A DNA stretch of 64,000 nucleotides from Planctomycetota bacterium. GTDB lineage: Bacteria; Planctomycetota; UBA1135; UBA2386. The notes below the pieces were generated by a model. That model did no database searches and was not told the DNA's origin. It saw only the letters and a program-made list of their open reading frames with translations. This document shows positions 51,463 through 61,534 of this stretch, in pieces. Made by a program: the position numbers and the translations under genes. The stretch spans positions 2,272,001-2,336,000 of the forward strand of contig JBKAGP010000001.1 of the NCBI GenBank assembly GCA_046290465.1. Direction: 5' to 3'. Each line of letters opens with the position of its first letter. The stretch's first letter is position 1.

Positions 51463-51978
51463 ATGTCGTCCCGCAACCACAACCCGGCCGCCGAGGGCCG
51501 CCGCACCGCCAGGCACTGGCTGTGCATCGCGCTCGTGCTGCTGATCGGGATGACGCGGCAGCTGGTGATCTGCACGCACCAGGGCGGCCAGACGCACATC
51601 GAGTTCGCCCACCAGGAAGGCGCCTCGAGCCACCACGGCCACCACCACGGTGGCTGCAACCACGCGCACTTCGTGATCGACGCGCGCGGCGGCCAGCACG
51701 GGGCGCAGCAGCACGCGCATCCCGACGGTGACGACTGCGACGACCCGCACTCGTCGTGCGACCACGTGCACCTGAGCGTCGACGTCGGCCCCAAGCCGCT
51801 GCCGGACGTGGTCGACCTGCCGTTTGCGCAGCCGATCGTGCTGTGGCTGCACCCGGAGCTGCAGGACCAGTGGGCGAGCACCGAGCGCCCGGCGCAGCCG
51901 CCGCCCGCGACCGGCCCACCGCGGCCGAGACCGCGCCAGTACCTCGCGCTCCGCGCGAGCACCGTGCTGCTGATCTAG
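51463..51978 (+). CDS. His/Cys-rich exported protein upstream of the metal efflux operon (CzcI/DUF2946-like)
   Basis: N-terminal TM segment, HHGHHHGGCNHAH, CDDPHSSCDH and C-terminal GPPRP...STVLLI. Confidence 0.6.
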   Translation: MSSRNHNPAAEGRRTARHWLCIALVLLIGMTRQLVICTHQGGQTHIEFAHQEGASSHHGHHHGGCNHAHFVIDARGGQHGAQQHAHPDGDDCDDPHSSCDHVHLSVDVGPKPLPDVVDLPFAQPIVLWLHPELQDQWASTERPAQPPPATGPPRPRPRQYLALRASTVLLI

Positions 51979-52088
51979 TCGAGAGGCGCGCGCCCGGGGC
52001 GCGCGGTTCGCCGCGCCTTCGGGCGCGTCCTTCGCCGATGCCGTTTCCGAGGCATCGGTGCGTCCGGCGAACGACCTCTCGACTCCCG

Positions 52089-53456
52089 ATGCCATTCCGT
52101 AGATCCCCATTCCGTAGATCCCCATTCCGTGGGTCCCCGTTCCGTAGGTCCGCTGCCCTGCTGCTGGCCACCGCGCTGTGCAGCTGCCATTCGTATGAGG
52201 CGATGCCCGTCGACCTCGACGAGCACCTGCGTGGCTTCCGAGAACGCGCCCCGCTCACCGTGCAGGGCGACGGGCTGACGCGCGCCGAGGGCCGCGAGGT
52301 CGCCAAGATGTTCCACCCCGACGCGCGGCTGGCGCGGCTGCGTGCCGGCGTCGCCACCGTCGAACGCGACCAGGCCGGTCGCTGGGACGACCCGCAGCTG
52401 CAGACCAACCTGCAGAACATCCTCGAGAGCGTGCCGTACCGATGGGTCGCGCAGGCGCAGCTCGGCTTCACCCTGCCGATCAACGGCCGCCTGCACAAGG
52501 AGCGTGAGCTCGCCGACCGTCGCCGCGACGAGGCGCTGGTCGAGGCCTGGGCCACCGAACAGCGCGTCGCCAACCAACTCGACCGCGCCTGGACCAGCCA
52601 CGCGGCCGCCCGGCAGCGGGTCGCGCTGTTCGAACGGACCTGCACGAACCTTGCCGAACTCGAGAAGGTCGCGGCGCGGCTGGTCGAGGTCGGCAGCCTG
52701 ACCCGGCCGGGGGCGCGCGTGTTCGGCCTCGAGCGCCACAACCAGGAAGCCGGCCAGGCGCTCGCGATCGCCGACGCCGACGCGACCGCCATCGAGCTGC
52801 GCGCCGCGCTCGGCCTGCACCCGGATGCGCCGCTCGAAGTGGTCGCCGACCTCGACGTGCAGCCGTTCGCGGCCGATGCCGATCGTCGTCGCGAACTGCT
52901 GCGGCAGAGCCCGCGCCTGCTGGCGCGCGAGCTCGCCCATCGCAGCGCCGAAGCGGACCTGATCCTGCAGATCCGCCAGCAGTGGCCCGACCTGCAGCTG
53001 TGGCCCGGCTGGCAGGAGGAGGACGGCCAGCCGCGCGCCGGCTTCGGCGTCAACCTGACCCTGCCGGTGTGGACCGCCAACGAACCCGAGGTCCTGCGCG
53101 CCGAGGCCGAGCGCGCCTGGACCGCCGAGGCCGTTCGCGCCGGCTACGAGCAGCTGCTGCAGGAGCTGGCAGCCGCCGAGATCCGGCGCAGCGCCGCCGC
53201 CGACCAGGTGGCCCGCTTCGAGGCGCTGCACGGCCTCGCGACCGAACAGGTTCGCGACAACCACCGCCTGGCCGAGGTCGGCCAGATCGACGTGCTGCTG
53301 ATGCTCGACGCGCTGCTGCGCGAACACAACGTGCAGCTCGCCGCGATCGACGCGGCGCTCGCGCACGCGCAGCGCACCGTCGACGTCAACCAGCTGCTGC
53401 CCGACCCCGCCTCCGCACCACCCACCACCAGCACCGAACCGGGAGCCTCCCGATGA
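52089..53456 (+). CDS. TolC-family outer membrane factor (CzcC-like)
   Basis: Lipobox LCSC, DP-x-L and PDLQL...GVNLTLPVW motifs, GQIDVLLMLDA; first gene of the RND trio. Confidence 0.85.
   Translation: MPFRRSPFRRSPFRGSPFRRSAALLLATALCSCHSYEAMPVDLDEHLRGFRERAPLTVQGDGLTRAEGREVAKMFHPDARLARLRAGVATVERDQAGRWDDPQLQTNLQNILESVPYRWVAQAQLGFTLPINGRLHKERELADRRRDEALVEAWATEQRVANQLDRAWTSHAAARQRVALFERTCTNLAELEKVAARLVEVGSLTRPGARVFGLERHNQEAGQALAIADADATAIELRAALGLHPDAPLEVVADLDVQPFAADADRRRELLRQSPRLLARELAHRSAEADLILQIRQQWPDLQLWPGWQEEDGQPRAGFGVNLTLPVWTANEPEVLRAEAERAWTAEAVRAGYEQLLQELAAAEIRRSAAADQVARFEALHGLATEQVRDNHRLAEVGQIDVLLMLDALLREHNVQLAAIDAALAHAQRTVDVNQLLPDPASAPPTTSTEPGASR
52092..52151 (+). repeat. 4 x 15-bp coding tandem repeat (PFRRS)n in the signal-peptide n-region
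   Basis: CCATTCCGTAGATCC x2, CCATTCCGTGGGTCC, CCGTTCCGTAGGTCC. Confidence 0.9.
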
Positions 53457-54835
53457 TCCGCACCCCGTGCACGCGCGCGTTCGCGCTCCTCGTCATGTCG
53501 ACGTTCCTGGCCAGCTGCGGCGGCGAGGACGAACGGCCACAGCCGACCGAGACCGCCGGCAAGGCACCGTCCAACCGCGTCGACGTGCCGCCGATGGTGC
53601 GCCGCAACCTCGGCATCGAGTTCGCCACCGTCGCGCGCCGCCGGGTCGCGCAGACGCTGCGGCTGCCCGCGCAGGTCGAGCTGCTGCCGGCCGCGACCCA
53701 GCACTACACCGCGCCGTTCGCCGGCCGCGTGCAGGTCCTGGTCGCGCCGCTGCAGCAGGTCGAAGCCGGCGACGTGCTCTACACGCTGGACTCGCACGAG
53801 TGGCGCGCCACCCAACGCGAACTCGGCGCAATGGCCACCGCGATCGAGCTGACCCGGGCGCGCATCGACGCGATGGGCCCGCTGCTGGAGTCCTGCGCCG
53901 AACACGAGCGCAGCCTGCGCACCGCCCACGACGTCACCGGCCGCTACATCGAGGACCTGCAGCGCGCCGAGGGCGACGTCGGCGGCCAGGCGCAGAAGCT
54001 CGCCGCGGCCCGCGTCGAACTGGCGCAGCTCGCCGCCCAGATCGCCGACGCCGACGAGAAGCACACCGAGACCGTGACGCGCCAGAAGGAGCTCGACGCG
54101 ACGCTGCGCAGCCAGCGCGAACAGCTCGAGCTGCTGCAGCAGGGCGCCGCGGCGGCGCTCGGCGTGCCGGCGGAGTCGCTTGCCGCAGGCTGGCGCGGCC
54201 TGTCGCGCATCGAGGTCCGCGCGCAGCGCACCGGCGTCGTCGAAGAGATCCGGGTCGCCAACGGCGCGCTCGTCGAGAGCTTCGGCCACGTGCTGAGCAC
54301 GATCGACCCAACCGCCGTGCGCTGCCATGCGCGCGCGCTGCAGAGCGACCTGGGCCTGCTGCGCAACGGCCTGCCGGCGGCGATCGTGCCGACCGGCACC
54401 GGCGAAGCCGGGCAACGCGTCGCCGGCACGCTGCAGCTCGGCCCCGCCGGCGACGCACGCGCGCGCACGCTCGACGTCTACGTGACCCCCGAAGACGGCG
54501 ACCTCGGGTTCGTGCGGGCAGGCCTCGCGGTGTTCGTCGAGATCACCACCGCGACCAGCGGCGACGCGCCGCTGGCGATCCCGCGGGCCTGCGTGCTGCC
54601 CGACGGCCTCGACCGCGTGTTCTTCCGGCGCGACCCGCGCGACCCGGACAAGGTGATCCGCGTGGTCGCCGACCTCGGCGTCGACGACGGCGTCTGGGTC
54701 GAGGTCAAGTCCGGCCTCACCGACGGCGACGAGGTCGTGCAGGCCGGCGCCTACGAGCTGGTGCTGGCGAGCGGCGACCAGACCCCGAAGGGCGGCCACT
54801 TCCACGCCGACGGCACCTGGCACGAGGATCACTAG
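53453..54835 (+). CDS. RND efflux periplasmic adaptor (CzcB/CusB-like)
   Basis: Lipobox LASC, APFAGRV...VEAGDVL, GLTDGDEVV...GAYEL, C-terminal GHFHADGTWHEDH. Confidence 0.88.
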   Translation: MIRTPCTRAFALLVMSTFLASCGGEDERPQPTETAGKAPSNRVDVPPMVRRNLGIEFATVARRRVAQTLRLPAQVELLPAATQHYTAPFAGRVQVLVAPLQQVEAGDVLYTLDSHEWRATQRELGAMATAIELTRARIDAMGPLLESCAEHERSLRTAHDVTGRYIEDLQRAEGDVGGQAQKLAAARVELAQLAAQIADADEKHTETVTRQKELDATLRSQREQLELLQQGAAAALGVPAESLAAGWRGLSRIEVRAQRTGVVEEIRVANGALVESFGHVLSTIDPTAVRCHARALQSDLGLLRNGLPAAIVPTGTGEAGQRVAGTLQLGPAGDARARTLDVYVTPEDGDLGFVRAGLAVFVEITTATSGDAPLAIPRACVLPDGLDRVFFRRDPRDPDKVIRVVADLGVDDGVWVEVKSGLTDGDEVVQAGAYELVLASGDQTPKGGHFHADGTWHEDH

Positions 54836-57800
54836 TGTTCCGCAGTCTCATCGCATTCTCGCTGCAGCGGCCGTTCGTGGTCTGCGTGCTGGCCCTGCTG
54901 CTGGTCGGTGTCGGTGCCTACCTGGTGCCGCGCATGCCCGTCGACGTGTTCCCGGAGCTCAACGCCCCGACCGTGGTGATCCTCACCGAGAGCCCCGGCC
55001 TCGCCGCCGACGAGGTCGAACAGAGCGTCACGCTGCCGCTCGAGACCGCGGTGCGCGGCCTGCCCGCCGTGCGCCGCGTGCGCAGCGCCAGCGCCATCGG
55101 CCTGTCGCTGCTGTGGATCGAGTTCGAATGGGGCCAGGACATCTATCGCGCCCGCACGCTGGTCAACGAGAAGCTGTCCGCGACGCGCGACCTGCTGCCG
55201 GCCGACTGCCACGCCGAGATCACCCCGATCACGTCGATCACCGGCGAGATCATGCTGATGTCGGTGTCGTCGCCGGACGGCGCGGTGTCGCCGATGGAGC
55301 TGCGCAGCTACGCCGAGTTCGACCTGCGCAACCAGCTGATGGCGGTGCCCGGCGTCGCCCAGGTGGTCGCGATCGGCGGCGAACTGGCCGAGTACCAGGT
55401 GCACGTGCGCCAGGACGATCTGCGGCTCTACGACCTCACCCTGCAGGACGTCGTCGAGGCGGCCGAACGGGCCCACACGACCGCGGGCGCCGGCTACCTG
55501 CTCAACGTCGACGGACTCGAGCTGCCCGTGCGCCAGACCGGCAGGGTGCGCAGCGTCGCGGACGTTCGCGGCACCGTGATCCGCAAGGTCGAGGGCCATG
55601 CGATCACGCTCGGCCACGTCGCCGACGTGCGGCTGGGGCCGACGCCCCCGCGCGGCACCGCCGCCGAGGGTGGCCGCCGGGCGGTCGTGCTGTCGGTGCA
55701 GAAGTCACCGGGCACCAACACGCTGGCGCTGACCGAAGCGGTCGACGCGCGGCTGCAGGCCGCCCGCAAGACCGCGCCGGACGGCGTCGTCATCAACGAG
55801 CACGTGATGCGGCAGGCGGACTTCATCCAGCTGTCGGTCGACAACCTGCTGGCGGTGCTGCGCGATGCAGCGATCTTCGTCGCGATCATCCTGGTGCTGT
55901 TCCTGCTCGAGTGGCGCACGACGCTGATCACGCTGACCGCGCTGCCGCTCAGCCTGGCGGTCGCGTTCGTGGTGCTGTGGGCGGCCGGCATGTCGATCAA
56001 CGTGATGACGCTCGGCGGCCTCGCGGTCGCGATCGGCGAGCTCGTCGACGACGCCATCATCGACGTCGAGAACGTGTTCCGTCGCCTGCGCGAGAACGCC
56101 GCGCTGCCCGCGAACGAACGCCGCAGCGTGCTGGCGGTGACGTTCGCCGCCAGCAACGAAATCCGTAGCTCGGTGGTGTTCGCGACCGCGATCATCGTGA
56201 TGGTGTTCGTGCCGCTGCTGTTCCTGCAGGGCCTCGAGGGCCGCTTCTTCCGGCCGCTCGGCGTGTCGTACATCGTCGCGACGCTGGCGTCGCTGGTCAC
56301 CGCGTTGACGGTGACGCCGGTGCTGTGCCGGTTCCTGCTAGCCAGGGTGCGGCCGGGCGGCGAGCACGGCGACGGCTGGCTGGTGCGCTGGTTGAAGCGG
56401 CGCTACCGGCCGACGCTCGACTGGGCGATGCGGCACGGCCGCGCGACGCTGGCGGTCTCGGCGCTGTTGACGATCTCGTCGCTCGGGCTGGCTTCGACAT
56501 TCGGTTCGAGCTTCCTGCCGTCGTTCAACGAGGGCACGTTCACGGTGTTCCTGATGGCGCCGCCGGGCACGTCGCTCGAGGAGAGCGATCGCATGGCGAC
56601 CGGCATCGAGACCCAGCTGGCCGAGCTGCCGGGCGTGCGCGCGGTCGTGCGACGCACCGGCCGCGCCGAACGCGACGAGCACGCCGAGCCGGTCAGCAAC
56701 AGCGAGGTCGAGGTGTCGATCCTGCCCGGCCACGACCGCGCCACCGTCCGTCGCGAGATCGACCGCGTGCTGGCGAGCGTGCCCGGCATCACGACCAGCG
56801 TCGGCCAACCGATCGAGCACCGGCTGTCGCACGTGCTGTCCGGAACGCCGGCGGCGATCGCCGTAGTCGCCACCGGCGACGACCTCGACGTGCTGCGCGA
56901 CCTGGCTGAACGGCTGAAGGGCGTGATCGCCGCGGTGCCGGGCACGCGCGACGTCAACGCCAGCCGCGAGGTGATGATCACGTCGCTGCCGATCCGCTAC
57001 CGCCCCGCGGCGCTCGCCGCGGCCGGCCTGACCCCGGCCGACGCGGCCGAACAGGTGCAGGCGGCGATCGCCGGCGCGCGCATCACCGATGTGCTCGACG
57101 GCCAGCAGCGCATCGCGTTGACCGTGCGGCTGCACCCGGACGAACGGCGCGACGTCGGCTCGGTGCGCGACCTGATGCTGCGCGGCATCGACGGCGCCAC
57201 CGTGCGCCTGCGCGACGTCGCCGACGTCTCGCTCGAGCGTTCGTCCAACCTGATCGCGCGCGTCGACGGCCAGCGCAAGGCGACCGTCTCGTGCAACGTG
57301 GCCGACGGCTACAACCTCGGCCAGGTCGCCGAGGCGGTGCGCGCCGCGGCCGACCCCGTGGTCACCGCGGCCGGCTGCTCGCTGACGGTCGGCGGCCAGT
57401 TCGAGGCGCAGCAGTCCGCCAGCCGCACGATCCTGGTGATGGGTTCGTTCGTCGTGCTGGTGATGCTGATGCTGGTGCACGCCGCGATCGGCTCGCTGCG
57501 CGCGTCGCTGCTGGTGATGGTCAACCTGCCGCTGTCGCTGATCGGCGGCATCGCGGCGATCTACGTGACCGAAGGCGCCGGCGCCGTCGGCAACACGCTG
57601 GCCCTGCTCGGCATCAGCGGCGAACGCTACGTCGCGCCGGTGATCTCGATCGCCAGCATGGTCGGGTTCATCACCCTGTTCGGCATCGCGGTGCGCAACG
57701 GAATCCTGCTCGTCCGCCAATACTTCGACCTGATCGCCGAAGGCCGGCCGCTGTTGCAGACCGTCGTCGAGGGCTCGCTGGCGCGCCTGGTGCCGATCCT

Positions 57801-58017
57801 GATGACCGCGCTCACGGCAGCCCTGGGCCTGCTTCCGATCGTGTTCGCCGCCGGCGAACCGGGCAGCGAAATCCTCGCACCGCTGTCGATCGTCGTGCTC
57901 GGCGGGCTGCTGTCCTCTACCTTCCTCAATCTGGTCGTCGTACCGGCCGGGTTCTACCTGTTGTTCCGCAATCGGCCGCTGCCGATCCCCGATCAAGAAC
58001 TGGAGTCCATCTCATGA
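54835..58017 (+). CDS. Heavy-metal efflux RND permease (CzcA/CusA family)
   Basis: MPVDVFPELNAPTV, NVMTLGGLAVAIGELVDDAIIDVEN, FLPSFNEG, RTGRAE, GFITLFGIAVRNGIL, PILMTAL. Confidence 0.95.
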   Translation: MFRSLIAFSLQRPFVVCVLALLLVGVGAYLVPRMPVDVFPELNAPTVVILTESPGLAADEVEQSVTLPLETAVRGLPAVRRVRSASAIGLSLLWIEFEWGQDIYRARTLVNEKLSATRDLLPADCHAEITPITSITGEIMLMSVSSPDGAVSPMELRSYAEFDLRNQLMAVPGVAQVVAIGGELAEYQVHVRQDDLRLYDLTLQDVVEAAERAHTTAGAGYLLNVDGLELPVRQTGRVRSVADVRGTVIRKVEGHAITLGHVADVRLGPTPPRGTAAEGGRRAVVLSVQKSPGTNTLALTEAVDARLQAARKTAPDGVVINEHVMRQADFIQLSVDNLLAVLRDAAIFVAIILVLFLLEWRTTLITLTALPLSLAVAFVVLWAAGMSINVMTLGGLAVAIGELVDDAIIDVENVFRRLRENAALPANERRSVLAVTFAASNEIRSSVVFATAIIVMVFVPLLFLQGLEGRFFRPLGVSYIVATLASLVTALTVTPVLCRFLLARVRPGGEHGDGWLVRWLKRRYRPTLDWAMRHGRATLAVSALLTISSLGLASTFGSSFLPSFNEGTFTVFLMAPPGTSLEESDRMATGIETQLAELPGVRAVVRRTGRAERDEHAEPVSNSEVEVSILPGHDRATVRREIDRVLASVPGITTSVGQPIEHRLSHVLSGTPAAIAVVATGDDLDVLRDLAERLKGVIAAVPGTRDVNASREVMITSLPIRYRPAALAAAGLTPADAAEQVQAAIAGARITDVLDGQQRIALTVRLHPDERRDVGSVRDLMLRGIDGATVRLRDVADVSLERSSNLIARVDGQRKATVSCNVADGYNLGQVAEAVRAAADPVVTAAGCSLTVGGQFEAQQSASRTILVMGSFVVLVMLMLVHAAIGSLRASLLVMVNLPLSLIGGIAAIYVTEGAGAVGNTLALLGISGERYVAPVISIASMVGFITLFGIAVRNGILLVRQYFDLIAEGRPLLQTVVEGSLARLVPILMTALTAALGLLPIVFAAGEPGSEILAPLSIVVLGGLLSSTFLNLVVVPAGFYLLFRNRPLPIPDQELESIS

Positions 58018-58466
58018 CGATCCGAACGCTGATGACCCTCCCCCTGCTGTTCGCCTTCGCCGCCTGTGGCAGCGAACCCGCCGAGAACAACGGCGGCGAC
58101 CAGCAGGCCAACAACGAGAACCAGAACATGCACGCCGAGAACGAGCACGGCGAGCGCAAGGAACTCGGCGAGCGCAAGGCGTTCGAGCGCAGCTTCAAGG
58201 TCGTGCAGTACGGCGACGTCGAGGCCGGCGCAGAAGCTGCGTTCGAACTCGAGTTCGCCGCCGGCAAGGACCGCATCAACACGGTGCGCGGCTGGATCGG
58301 CGACAAGTCCGGCAAGGGCTCGATGAAGTCGCTCTGGGAGCTCGAGGGCGAGACCAACCTGCACGGCCACGTCGAGGTCCCCAAGGAGCTGCTCGACAGC
58401 GCCCAGCTGTGGCTCGACCTCGAGCACGACGGCAAGACCGAGACGGTCTCGATCGCGTTCCAGTAG
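58014..58466 (+). CDS. Small lipoprotein co-transcribed with the RND operon (possible metal-binding accessory protein)
   Basis: Lipobox FAAC, HAENEHG, LHGHVEVP; ATGA-coupled. Confidence 0.7.
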   Translation: MTIRTLMTLPLLFAFAACGSEPAENNGGDQQANNENQNMHAENEHGERKELGERKAFERSFKVVQYGDVEAGAEAAFELEFAAGKDRINTVRGWIGDKSGKGSMKSLWELEGETNLHGHVEVPKELLDSAQLWLDLEHDGKTETVSIAFQ

Positions 58467-58472
58467 CCGCGC

Positions 58473-58968
58473 ATGCGGCGCGCACTCGAACGGCTGCTGC
58501 TGACGGCCACCACGGCGCTGCTGCTGTGGTGGCCGTTTGCGTACCGCTACACGTCGATCGGGTGCGAATGGGAAATGCAGGTCTGACGACGAACTGCACT
58601 CGGTCTACTGGCGGGTGCGCTGGCCGAGCGACGGCTCGGTGGTGCTGGCCCGCATCGAGCACGAACAGCGACTCGACCGCATGCCCGAGGCGTTCGATCT
58701 CGGCGCGACGTTCCTCAAGCCGGCGCAGGCGACCGGCGCGGTCACGTTCTGGCAGAACCTCGGCTTCTGGTGGCTGTCGGTCGACGCGCGCGAGGCGCCG
58801 GTGCCGGACCTGGTCAAGGACGCCGAGCGCGCCTTCGTCGTCGGGGTCCCCCACGCGTGCTTGCTGGTCGGCACCGGCAGCGTGTGGTGGCTGCTGCGCA
58901 GTCAGCGCCGGACCATCGCCGGGCGGAAGCCGACGGTCGGCAAGCCCGACTCGCGCGGGGCGGCATAG
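58473..58968 (+). pseudogene. Small membrane-protein gene split by a +1 frameshift at about 58584 (pseudogene or sequencing error)
   Basis: ATG 58473 frame gives MRRALERLLLTATTALLLWWPF...EMQV then TGA. Removing one T gives a continuous VDDELHSVYWRVRW...WQNLGFWW...VPHACLLVG. Confidence 0.6.
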
Positions 58969-61508
58969 CGACGCGCGATGCGGCACTCCTCCAGCTTCGA
59001 CGCGAACCAACCGCCGCGATGGAGGCCGAGTTCGCCGAGGATGCTGATCGGTTCGACGTTGCCGACCGAACCGGCCTGCACCATGCCCTGCGGCCCCAGC
59101 CTGCCGCGGTCGACACACCACTCGGCGACGTTGCCGCGCATGTCGTAGAGGCCGAAGCCAGCCGGCTTGCGCCGCCCGACGACGCTCGGCGCGTCGCTGC
59201 CGAACACCGCGTACTGCGCGAGAGCGAGCTGGATCGGCACGCTGCCGGGCTTGGGCTCGCCGCGACCGGCCAGCTCCCACTGCGCCTCGCTCGGCAGCGC
59301 GTAGACGTGGCCGTCGCGCAGCCGTCCGGCGTCGCGCTCGAGCTCGGTGAGCTTGCTGCAGAACCGCATCGCGTCGACCTGCGAGACCATCGTCACCGGC
59401 AGGTCGTCGGCGTCGGGACCGTCCTTCGGCCACGGCTCGGTGCCCATCACCCGTCGCCACTGCGCGCGCGTCACCTCGGTGTCCGCGAGCCAGAAGTCGT
59501 TCTCGAGCACGACCTCCCGCTGCGCCTCGTCGGCGCGGAAGTCCAGCGCGGCCTTGATCGTGCCCATCAGGAAGGTGCGCGCCGTGATCGGCACCATCCG
59601 GTTGCCGGCCGCCGTGTAGTAGCGGACGTCGGGGGCGGCGCGCACGCGGACCAGCCGACCGTCGCCGAGCTCCCGCCCCATCACCCGCAGCCGCCGCGTC
59701 CAGACACTGCGCACGCCGCGCTGGTCCTCGAGGGCGATCTGCAGGGTGTGGTCGCCGACGGTCGGCACCTCGAGTTCGACGGCGAAGTCACCGGCCACGA
59801 CCGCGACGTCGCGCCAGGTCCCGAGCGGCAGCGCCCCGGCCGTTGCTCCGGCTCCCTGCCGCGCGGCCGCGTGCAGCACCTGCATCCTGCGGAAGCCCGG
59901 CGAACGCACCGTGCCGCGCAGTTCGAACTTCGGAGTCGCGACCAGCAACGTCTGCGAACGCGCCAGGTCGTTGCCGGCCGGAGCCCGCAGCGCGAAGCCC
60001 TCGAACAGGCGCCTGCCGAGGGCGGCCTCGAGGTCGCGTCGACGCTGCTGGATCGCCTCGTCCGCCTCGAACAGCAACGCCGCCCGCCGGGCCGCGACGT
60101 AGGCCCCGTCGAGGTCCGTCGCCGCGAGCTGCTCGGCGCGCTTGTCGAGCGCGCGCGCCAGCGGCTGCGCGGCCAGCTCGTGGCTCGGCATCAGCTGCAG
60201 GCACTCTTCGAGCTTGTCGATCGCCTCGTCGAGGCCGTCGGGCTTCGGCAGCATGTCGACCGCTTCCCAGTAGAGCCTCTTGGCCTTGGCCTCGGCCATC
60301 ACCTTGGGCCAGTCGGTCGGGTCGTCGAACAACCCCGCGAGCCAGGCGCCGCCGAGACCGAGCACGAGCACCGCGGCGACCGCCAGCCAGCGGCGGGCAC
60401 CGGCGCGGCGGCGTGGCGGCGACGCCGGTGCGTGCGGTGCGCCAGCGGCCTGCGGATCGCGCGACGGCATCGTCGGCGCTTCCTGCGGGTCGAGCGACGG
60501 CTGCGAGCCCGACTCGATCGCCGCCCGGATCGTCATCAGCGTCTGGCGCGGCGGCGGCGAGACCAGCGACGCATGCACGTCGCCTGGCGCACCGGCCTCG
60601 TCGGCGAGTTCGCGTTCTTCCATCGTCACCAGCGGCCGCAGCGCCGCCGACAGGGCGCCCGCGTCGGCGAACCGTTGGGCGGGATCGCGCGCGACACAGC
60701 GCTCGAACAGCGCCAGCACGTCGTCGGAGAGGTCGTCGCGCTGCGCGCGCAGCGACGGGAACGGCTGGTCCTGCACCTTGCGCGCCATCGCGGCCAGCGT
60801 CGGCGCCTCGATCGCATGGCGGCCGGCCAACAAGAAGTAGAGCATCGCGCCGAGCGCCCACACGTCAGCGGTCGGGCCGACGTCGGGCGAGTCCCACTGC
60901 TCGGGCGCCATGTACTGCGGCGTGCCCATCACCCCCGACGCGAGGCTGATGCTCTGGCCCGACGACGCGCTCGCCTTGGCGAGGCCGAGGTCGGCGAGCT
61001 TGACGCGCCCTGCCAGCGACACCAGCACGTTGTCGGGCTTGATGTCGCGGTGCACGATGCCGCGGCCGTGCGCCTCGGCGAGGCCCGCGACCGCGCCGAA
61101 AAGGATCGCCAGCGCCTCCTGCTCGGCCAGCGCGCCCTTGCGCTGCACGCGCTCGCGCGCGGTCTCACCGGTCACGAACTCCATCACCAGGTAGTGCAGG
61201 CCGTGCTTCTGCTGCACGTCCATCACGGTGACGACGTTCTGGTGGCGCAGGCTCGCCGCCAGCCGCGCTTCGCGTTCGAACCGGCCGACGAACTCCGGCG
61301 ACTCACCGGCCAGCGACGGCTTCAGGCACTTGACCGCGACGTCGATGTCGAGGTTGAAGTGGCGGCCGCGGTACACCGCCCCCATGCCACCGGCGCCGAC
61401 CCTGGCGTAGAGCACGACCGGGTCGAGCACCTTGAAGCCGTGCACCGTCGGGGCATCGCGCAGCAGCGGGTCCTGGTGGAGATCGTGGCCGTCGGAGGCG
61501 TCGGGCAT
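58902..61508 (-). CDS. Hanks-type Ser/Thr kinase with TM segment and C-terminal FGE-sulfatase (SUMF1/CLec-fold) domain
   Basis: GAGGMGAVY, VAVK, HRDIKPDN, DLGLAK, GTPQYMAPE; TM segment; TEVTRAQW, LPSEAQWE, GLYDMRGNVAEWC, RGG, GFR. Confidence 0.93.
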   Translation of the reverse strand: MPDASDGHDLHQDPLLRDAPTVHGFKVLDPVVLYARVGAGGMGAVYRGRHFNLDIDVAVKCLKPSLAGESPEFVGRFEREARLAASLRHQNVVTVMDVQQKHGLHYLVMEFVTGETARERVQRKGALAEQEALAILFGAVAGLAEAHGRGIVHRDIKPDNVLVSLAGRVKLADLGLAKASASSGQSISLASGVMGTPQYMAPEQWDSPDVGPTADVWALGAMLYFLLAGRHAIEAPTLAAMARKVQDQPFPSLRAQRDDLSDDVLALFERCVARDPAQRFADAGALSAALRPLVTMEERELADEAGAPGDVHASLVSPPPRQTLMTIRAAIESGSQPSLDPQEAPTMPSRDPQAAGAPHAPASPPRRRAGARRWLAVAAVLVLGLGGAWLAGLFDDPTDWPKVMAEAKAKRLYWEAVDMLPKPDGLDEAIDKLEECLQLMPSHELAAQPLARALDKRAEQLAATDLDGAYVAARRAALLFEADEAIQQRRRDLEAALGRRLFEGFALRAPAGNDLARSQTLLVATPKFELRGTVRSPGFRRMQVLHAAARQGAGATAGALPLGTWRDVAVVAGDFAVELEVPTVGDHTLQIALEDQRGVRSVWTRRLRVMGRELGDGRLVRVRAAPDVRYYTAAGNRMVPITARTFLMGTIKAALDFRADEAQREVVLENDFWLADTEVTRAQWRRVMGTEPWPKDGPDADDLPVTMVSQVDAMRFCSKLTELERDAGRLRDGHVYALPSEAQWELAGRGEPKPGSVPIQLALAQYAVFGSDAPSVVGRRKPAGFGLYDMRGNVAEWCVDRGRLGPQGMVQAGSVGNVEPISILGELGLHRGGWFASKLEECRIARRYAAPRESGLPTVGFRPAMVRR

Positions 61509-61534
61509 GGGCGCCCGGAGCATATCGCGACCGG

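Noticed and set aside
52089..52151. Tat signal from the repeated RR pairs
   Set aside because: The context is FRRSP rather than S/T-R-R-x-F-L, and TolC-family proteins are normally Sec-exported.
58578..58590. prfB-like programmed +1 frameshift (xxx TGA C)
   Set aside because: The codon before TGA is GTC, which cannot re-pair in the +1 frame as CTT does, and there is no properly spaced internal SD.
58902..59600. FGE-sulfatase (CLec-fold) C-terminus as a DGR target
   Set aside because: No template-repeat copy of this 3' end and no RT were seen in the window; kinase-FGE fusions are common without DGRs.
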